Of a DNA stretch of 64,000 nt, positions 60,001-64,000 are shown piece after piece. The translations under genes were made by a program, and so were the position numbers. The notes under the pieces are model-generated. The model was not told the DNA's origin. It ran no database searches and was given only the letters and a program-made list of their open reading frames with translations. This stretch comes from Blastocatellia bacterium (GTDB taxonomy: Bacteria > Acidobacteriota > Blastocatellia > UBA7656), in assembly GCA_963765495.1 (NCBI GenBank), contig CAVXWP010000001.1:480001-544000 (forward strand), read 5' to 3'. Numbering within the stretch: the first letter of the stretch is position 1; each line of letters begins with the position of its first letter.

Positions 60001-61569
60001 CGTAGCGGATATAAAGCTCTGCCAGTTTGCGGTCTGCGGATCGAGGGTCGTTTGCTCGAAATTGCGTTGCAAACCCAGCAGCCCTTCGCGCAGCCCGAGT
60101 GCCGCCCTGTTCAATTCATCCGATGCAAAGCGAGGCAGGTGGAAACGCGCTTCATCAGACGGCGAAACACTTATAATCGGCTCATCGCCTGTGATATCGC
60201 TTGTGAAATTGACTGTGATATCGCTTACGGCAGGGATTATGACAGCCTCATCGCCCGTGGCGGCGGATTCGTCGATCCTGTCGCGCTGTTCTCTGGTTTC
60301 GCCTGCGCGCGCAAGAGCCAGTTTGAAGGCGACGGGGCCGAGCATGAGGTTAAAGCCTATGGTTCCGAGTACGATGGTCTTTATCTCTGACCCGATGCCC
60401 GGCAGATTGCGTTCGACTATGATGGCGAGTCCAAGCACAACGCCCGCCTGCGAGATAAAACTCAGCCACGCGTTCTGCTCTATTTTTGGCGGCTCGCCCG
60501 CAATCTTTACGGCCAGTCGCGTGCCCGCGAAAATCGCGATTACGCGCACGACGACAAGCGCCAGAGCGATGAGCGCCACCTGCCTGAGCGCGTTCAGGTC
60601 CAACCCCGCACCGGCTATCGAAAAGAAGACTACATAGACCGGCAGAGAGACCTCCTCTACCGGGTGGATAAACTCATCACCAAAACGCGAGAGGTTCTGG
60701 ACCACGAATCCGGCGGCGATGAACATCAAAAGCGCTTCGAGATGAAATCGCGTGGCGGCAGTCGTAGCCACAAAGATCAGGGCTACGATAAAGAGCCACA
60801 TCTCTGCGTGTACGAATCGGATGTAGGCGATGATGATGCCGCCAAGCAAGACGCCCGCAAGGATTGAAAGCAGCAATTCTTCGCCTACGTTTAAGAGTAT
60901 ATGCGGGTCAAATGTCGCGCCTTCGGTCGAAAACAGACTCGCAAGCGACATGGCAATCGCAAGCAGTATGACCATCACCACATCTTTAGCCACCGCCGCG
61001 CCCAGCGTGATGTCGCTCAACCTGCCCTTTGATTCGGTCTCGTTTATGACGGCGATGGTCGCCGCCGGGGAAGTGCCTACGGCAAGCACGCCGAAAATCA
61101 TCCCCACAGAGAGAGTAAGCGGAACGCTTGCGCCTCCGAGAAAAGGTATAAATGAACGTATGGCAAAGACGGTCCCCGAAACGGCGATCAGGATCAGCAA
61201 TCCTTTTATCAGCACGATGAGCGAGAGGCTTTTCGCCACCGCTTTTAGCCCGCTCATCTTCATCTCTGCCCCCGCCGTGAGCGCGATAAGCCCTATTGCA
61301 AGGCTGTTGATGAGCGTCAGGTCTTCGACTACTTTTACCGAAAAAAGGTCTATGACGTAAGGGCCGAACATCACGCCCGTGATGATATAGCCTGTGATCT
61401 TTGGCAGACTGATAGAGTTTGTGATCTCTCCGAAGGTATAGGCGGCGAGCAGAACAAATCCAAGCGTAGCGAGCGATTTCGGATGCAGAGGCGTATCGAC
61501 CTCGACCTGCAGGAATTGCAGGGCGTACATCAACAGAAAGAGCAATCCTATTATGAGGACTCGTCGCAT
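57034..61569 (-). CDS. Cation:proton antiporter domain fused to a long helical region and a C-terminal P-loop ATPase/winged helix (1511 aa)
   Basis: Residues 1-420 form a CPA (LPKITGYII.G..FGP, TSPAATIAV, FFSIAGA.L, SQAGV); FLVAREQEL, GELGSGKTS, VVVLEDAH. Confidence 0.85.
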   Translation of the reverse strand: MRRVLIIGLLFLLMYALQFLQVEVDTPLHPKSLATLGFVLLAAYTFGEITNSISLPKITGYIITGVMFGPYVIDLFSVKVVEDLTLINSLAIGLIALTAGAEMKMSGLKAVAKSLSLIVLIKGLLILIAVSGTVFAIRSFIPFLGGASVPLTLSVGMIFGVLAVGTSPAATIAVINETESKGRLSDITLGAAVAKDVVMVILLAIAMSLASLFSTEGATFDPHILLNVGEELLLSILAGVLLGGIIIAYIRFVHAEMWLFIVALIFVATTAATRFHLEALLMFIAAGFVVQNLSRFGDEFIHPVEEVSLPVYVVFFSIAGAGLDLNALRQVALIALALVVVRVIAIFAGTRLAVKIAGEPPKIEQNAWLSFISQAGVVLGLAIIVERNLPGIGSEIKTIVLGTIGFNLMLGPVAFKLALARAGETREQRDRIDESAATGDEAVIIPAVSDITVNFTSDITGDEPIISVSPSDEARFHLPRFASDELNRAALGLREGLLGLQRNFEQTTLDPQTANWQSFISATREECLKAVSALRKEALSVNEPRRMIDVFRESRIIFSRVLSKEIYRQTTEVSAENPKTGFAELLAALDALSEASEGTISVVQEPERLLSAEGDSFYVRSRKRLKRGYKMIRRVFGARSDLRRTIQFRRLARYYFAGLLLPELPKTANLLGAEPLFALERSQALYKKIDEKYESQINALETGAVSESEAARSLEEVCRNLDADFRAVSDDLDNYSADIRRQMRLAFSVAYSAFLKDLETAGTFELPSRRFRFSKVYEAREKARKLIAQSFDIWQNYQTGSAGAYAKHIEVVILMDNVSRTVDEIVYDVLESIDEKLVTGIRATKAQCEGSRQQLVRVFDSNHSIATLKTEIASQHEALTAFVQNGTLENLTRVRESRELNALIEVMLKRFSTLADQAPVNCLVLDEKELALNRTDGLAPPRVDLKIVPMQEITRSYLETEIARDLANVNRIMFEQVDETIRAVTDGYRIVNFNLKTCLEVLDNLTPGEYGEEDTARLKELSLGGIERAINRMESTLERIIQLKNQVYEKIIAQVDERMRDFETLVLKRTSFDIQVRLKQRQFLARASRLVTQLFEWMGRNSGAIVARYRPISQEVVKDLKSSLGLQQFTPSEILAIYDQARLDKGVIKNLPFIYQRLFDIAPLEAGDFLVAREQELQMVETARKRWQQGMHCAVAVIGELGSGKTSFINSLIKHVLGDYPVYRKEFKSTVVSEREMVAELAAILGITGAESFDEIHERLGEMAQRTVVVLEDAHQLYLRALGGFEGMRKLLLLVAATSHQVLWVISMRKFGWLYLDEVLHISDHFTFVVNTENLTPAQLEEVILSRHKVSGFDLRFLPDEVIEQKKKYRKASADKQQEMIRREYFEDLSRATEGNSLAAIFYWLKSIADVQGNELIIKPLERLRFDFLSDMHVKKLLTLSMIIQHGSLTAGEHADVFGTDRTSSLSTLTYLTNINLLVKEIRDDGQEQFAVNRVIYIPLAKELRTRNMLH

Positions 61570-61588
61570 ACTTTTTTCTTAGAGGCGA

Positions 61589-62836
61589 TCACGCCGCCTT
61601 GATCTCTTCGGCGTCAACGAGCAGAGATTTCGTCAGCCGGGGGCTTAAAAATTCGTTTATGATGACCGAAACGAGCACCGCGCTTACCACCAGATTTGTG
61701 AACTGATTCTGATATACCTGCTGATAGTTGACCGTCATGGCGACGGCTACGCCGCCCTGCGATAAAAGCCCCAGACCTGTGTGACGTGCAAGCCTGTCGG
61801 GATGTTCCGATGTGGCATAGGCTATCGAGCCGCCGATATATTTGCCCAGATAACGCAGCAGGAAATATCCGGCGATAAGCCCCGCGTTTACGTACCATCG
61901 TCTGCCGTAAGGCACCTGCCAGGCCGCGCCTGCAAATACCAGCAACACGACGTAGAAAGGCTTTTCGATTGAGTGAAGAACCTCCAATAGCTGGTTTCTG
62001 ATCCTGGATGTGTTGGCAAGCATAATGCCGAGCACAAAATTGATGAACAGGGGCGACAGGTTCAGGTAATAGGCCGCGCCGCTTGAAAAGACCACGATGC
62101 CGATCAATGCGAGCAGCAGCTTTTGCCTGCTCTGTTCGCGGCCCAGAAAAAGATAAAAGAGCGAGCCCAGAAGGATGCCGAAAGTTATATTGACTGCCAC
62201 CCATTCGGTTCTGGTCAAAGGCCTTATGCCGCTGGTCTCTCCTATGTGAAAAATGCAGAAGACGAACCCGAACAGTATAATACCCAGTAACTCGTCAAAC
62301 CTGACGGCAAACTGCAACAGGTCCGAGATGTTGCCGCTTGCGTTGTAATGATTCTTCACGACTCTAATAGCAGTCGGGGCCGATACGGCTCCCGTAGCTC
62401 CCATAACCACCGCGCTTGAAAAGACCGCAAAGATCCTTTCCTGTCCGCTCAGACTGCCTGAGAGTAAGTACCACAGGACCAGAGCAAAGGCTCCGCCAAG
62501 CAAGAGGAATGTGACGAGCGATTCGGTTAGGGCTACGCGGTAGAATTCCATGTTGATGCGGCCCATCTCTCGAAAGCGAACCTGCAAGCCCACGAGAAGT
62601 CCTATCGAACCTATAGCCAGGCTCATGATCGGGCCTAGCTGACCGACGACTTCGCGCGTCATCACGCCCGTGACATACGGCCCGACCAGCACGCCCAGGA
62701 TTATGTATTCGATACCTGATGTGAAAAAGAGACGGCTTTGGAGTTTACCGATCAAGAAATGGGCGCTCAGATACCCGACGGCCAGGATAGTTATGAATTG
62801 AATTATTGTAATAATAGCCATGATCTTTGATACCAT
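61589..62836 (-). CDS. Cation:proton antiporter family protein
   Basis: About 12 TMs; EYIILGVLVGP, LSPLF, IEKPFY, LLSQGGVAVA. Confidence 0.85.
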   Translation of the reverse strand: MVSKIMAIITIIQFITILAVGYLSAHFLIGKLQSRLFFTSGIEYIILGVLVGPYVTGVMTREVVGQLGPIMSLAIGSIGLLVGLQVRFREMGRINMEFYRVALTESLVTFLLLGGAFALVLWYLLSGSLSGQERIFAVFSSAVVMGATGAVSAPTAIRVVKNHYNASGNISDLLQFAVRFDELLGIILFGFVFCIFHIGETSGIRPLTRTEWVAVNITFGILLGSLFYLFLGREQSRQKLLLALIGIVVFSSGAAYYLNLSPLFINFVLGIMLANTSRIRNQLLEVLHSIEKPFYVVLLVFAGAAWQVPYGRRWYVNAGLIAGYFLLRYLGKYIGGSIAYATSEHPDRLARHTGLGLLSQGGVAVAMTVNYQQVYQNQFTNLVVSAVLVSVIINEFLSPRLTKSLLVDAEEIKAA

Positions 62837-62916
62837 GAAAGATGGCTGTCAGCCGCCGAGAAGCGCGCGCTTATCAGTGATTGCATTCTGTCAGCGACCA
62901 GCCGAGAGCGTCAAGT

Positions 62917-63071
62917 AAGCAGTAGGCAGTAGACAGTAGGCAGTTATTTTGAAGCCATGACTTGATCCGCGAAAATCCGCCTGATCCGCGTCATCCGTGG
63001 CCTATTTCAACTTTTCTAATCATGTACTTGGATAGAAAGCGATAATTGTCCTTAAAAAACTGCCTACTGCC
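62917..63071. repeat. Composite repeat: GCAGTAG heptamer array and its inverse flanking the right half of a family B element
   Basis: GCAGTAGGCAGTAGACAGTAGGCAGT (62919-62944); ATCCGCG...ATCCGTGGCCTATTTC (62965-63008); ACTGCCTACTGC (63059-63070). Confidence 0.75.
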
Positions 63072-63114
63072 CATCCCGCTTTTCGCACGCCCCGGTTTTC
63101 GTTAACATACGGAC

Positions 63115-64000
63115 ATGGATCGGGGTAAATTTGAAAGCATAAGAGAGTTGCTTGAATCAAGAACGGCCTGCTCGCCGGATAAAGAGTTTCTCTTTTCCGA
63201 AAGCGACGGGCGCGTATTCACCTATTCCCAGTTTGATTGCGAGGTCAATCGCGCTGCGAATCTGCTCGCCTTCGCGGGCGTCACGAAAGGCGAACGCGTT
63301 AGCCTTCTTCTCACAAATTGCGTCGAATACCTGATCTTTTATTTCGCGTGCTTCAAGATAGGCGCGTGGGCCGGACCCGTAAACGCATTGCTTACGCCGC
63401 GCGAGATTGAATACATCATAAACAATTGCGAGGCAATGGTCGCCGTAACTCAATCAGACCTCTACGCCAAACTTGCCGAAGCCAGTACGCCATCGCTCAA
63501 GCGAATCATAATTACAGGCGATGGACAATCAAAGGCAGATGATTCACCGTTCATCATTGCGGATTCGACGTTCACAGACGATAGCGCGCCGCCTGTCTTC
63601 CAAATCTCAACCGATGACGAAGCTTTGATAATCTATACCTCTGGGACTACGGGCAAGCCCAAAGGCGTATTGCTCACGCACGGCAATATGCTTACAAACG
63701 CGGAAGAGATCGCCCGATGGCTGGCTTTGACAGAAGCCGACCGGTCGCTGATGATAATGCCGTTATTCCACGTGAACGCGCTTATGACGACAGCGATGGC
63801 CGCGCTGTGGGCGAGCGCAAGCGTAGTGCTCGCCCACAGGTTCAGCGCCTCTCGCCACTGGGAGATGATTTCTCGCTACGGCGTGACCTATTTCGGCTCG
63901 GTCGCAACGATGCTCTCCTTGCTCAATCACAATTACACGGACGGCATACCGCAGGGGCTGGACACCTCCGGTCTCAGATTCGCGCTCTGCGGGTCCGCGC
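63115..64000 (+). CDS. Class I adenylate-forming enzyme (acyl-CoA synthetase), 3' truncated by the window
   Basis: Open from ATG 63115 to the window end; IIYTSGTTGKPKGV, MPLFHVN. It is absent from the ORF track because it has no stop in the window. Confidence 0.9.
   Translation, partial: MDRGKFESIRELLESRTACSPDKEFLFSESDGRVFTYSQFDCEVNRAANLLAFAGVTKGERVSLLLTNCVEYLIFYFACFKIGAWAGPVNALLTPREIEYIINNCEAMVAVTQSDLYAKLAEASTPSLKRIIITGDGQSKADDSPFIIADSTFTDDSAPPVFQISTDDEALIIYTSGTTGKPKGVLLTHGNMLTNAEEIARWLALTEADRSLMIMPLFHVNALMTTAMAALWASASVVLAHRFSASRHWEMISRYGVTYFGSVATMLSLLNHNYTDGIPQGLDTSGLRFALCGSA

Noticed and set aside
8415-63008. Repeats considered as CRISPR arrays
   Set aside because: They are dispersed palindromes, not regularly spaced direct repeats with unique spacers, and there are no cas genes.

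Overview
A 64-kb stretch of core bacterial chromosome (gene content and repeat style suggest Acidobacteriota, Blastocatellia-like; this is inference). About 45 credible CDSs and one unusually long RNase P RNA were found. No tRNA, rRNA, CRISPR array, transposase or integrase was seen. Main blocks, in order: a giant TPR protein, a LysR regulator and a GH42 enzyme; an F420/Fo cluster (LLM, PPOX, cofG, PPOX, cofH); NfeD-flotillin; a divergent CGNR/ABATE regulator and dinB pair; a metal-uptake region (SCO, two secreted paralogs, nikR-TBDR-cbiMQO, and a Cys-rich RAPP leader-TBDR-DUF2911 unit); polA; an S8 protease; envelope genes; rnpB; a second, short family-A polymerase; and a three-gene operon of a CPA antiporter, a CPA fused to a P-loop ATPase, and MscS. 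The best candidates for an undescribed system are that CPA/CPA-ATPase/MscS operon and the Cys-rich RAPP arrest-peptide leader upstream of a TonB-dependent receptor. Several operators, a candidate sigma-54 sRNA and several families of intergenic palindromic or heptamer repeats are readable directly from the DNA. All family assignments come from motif recognition by eye; no searches were run.
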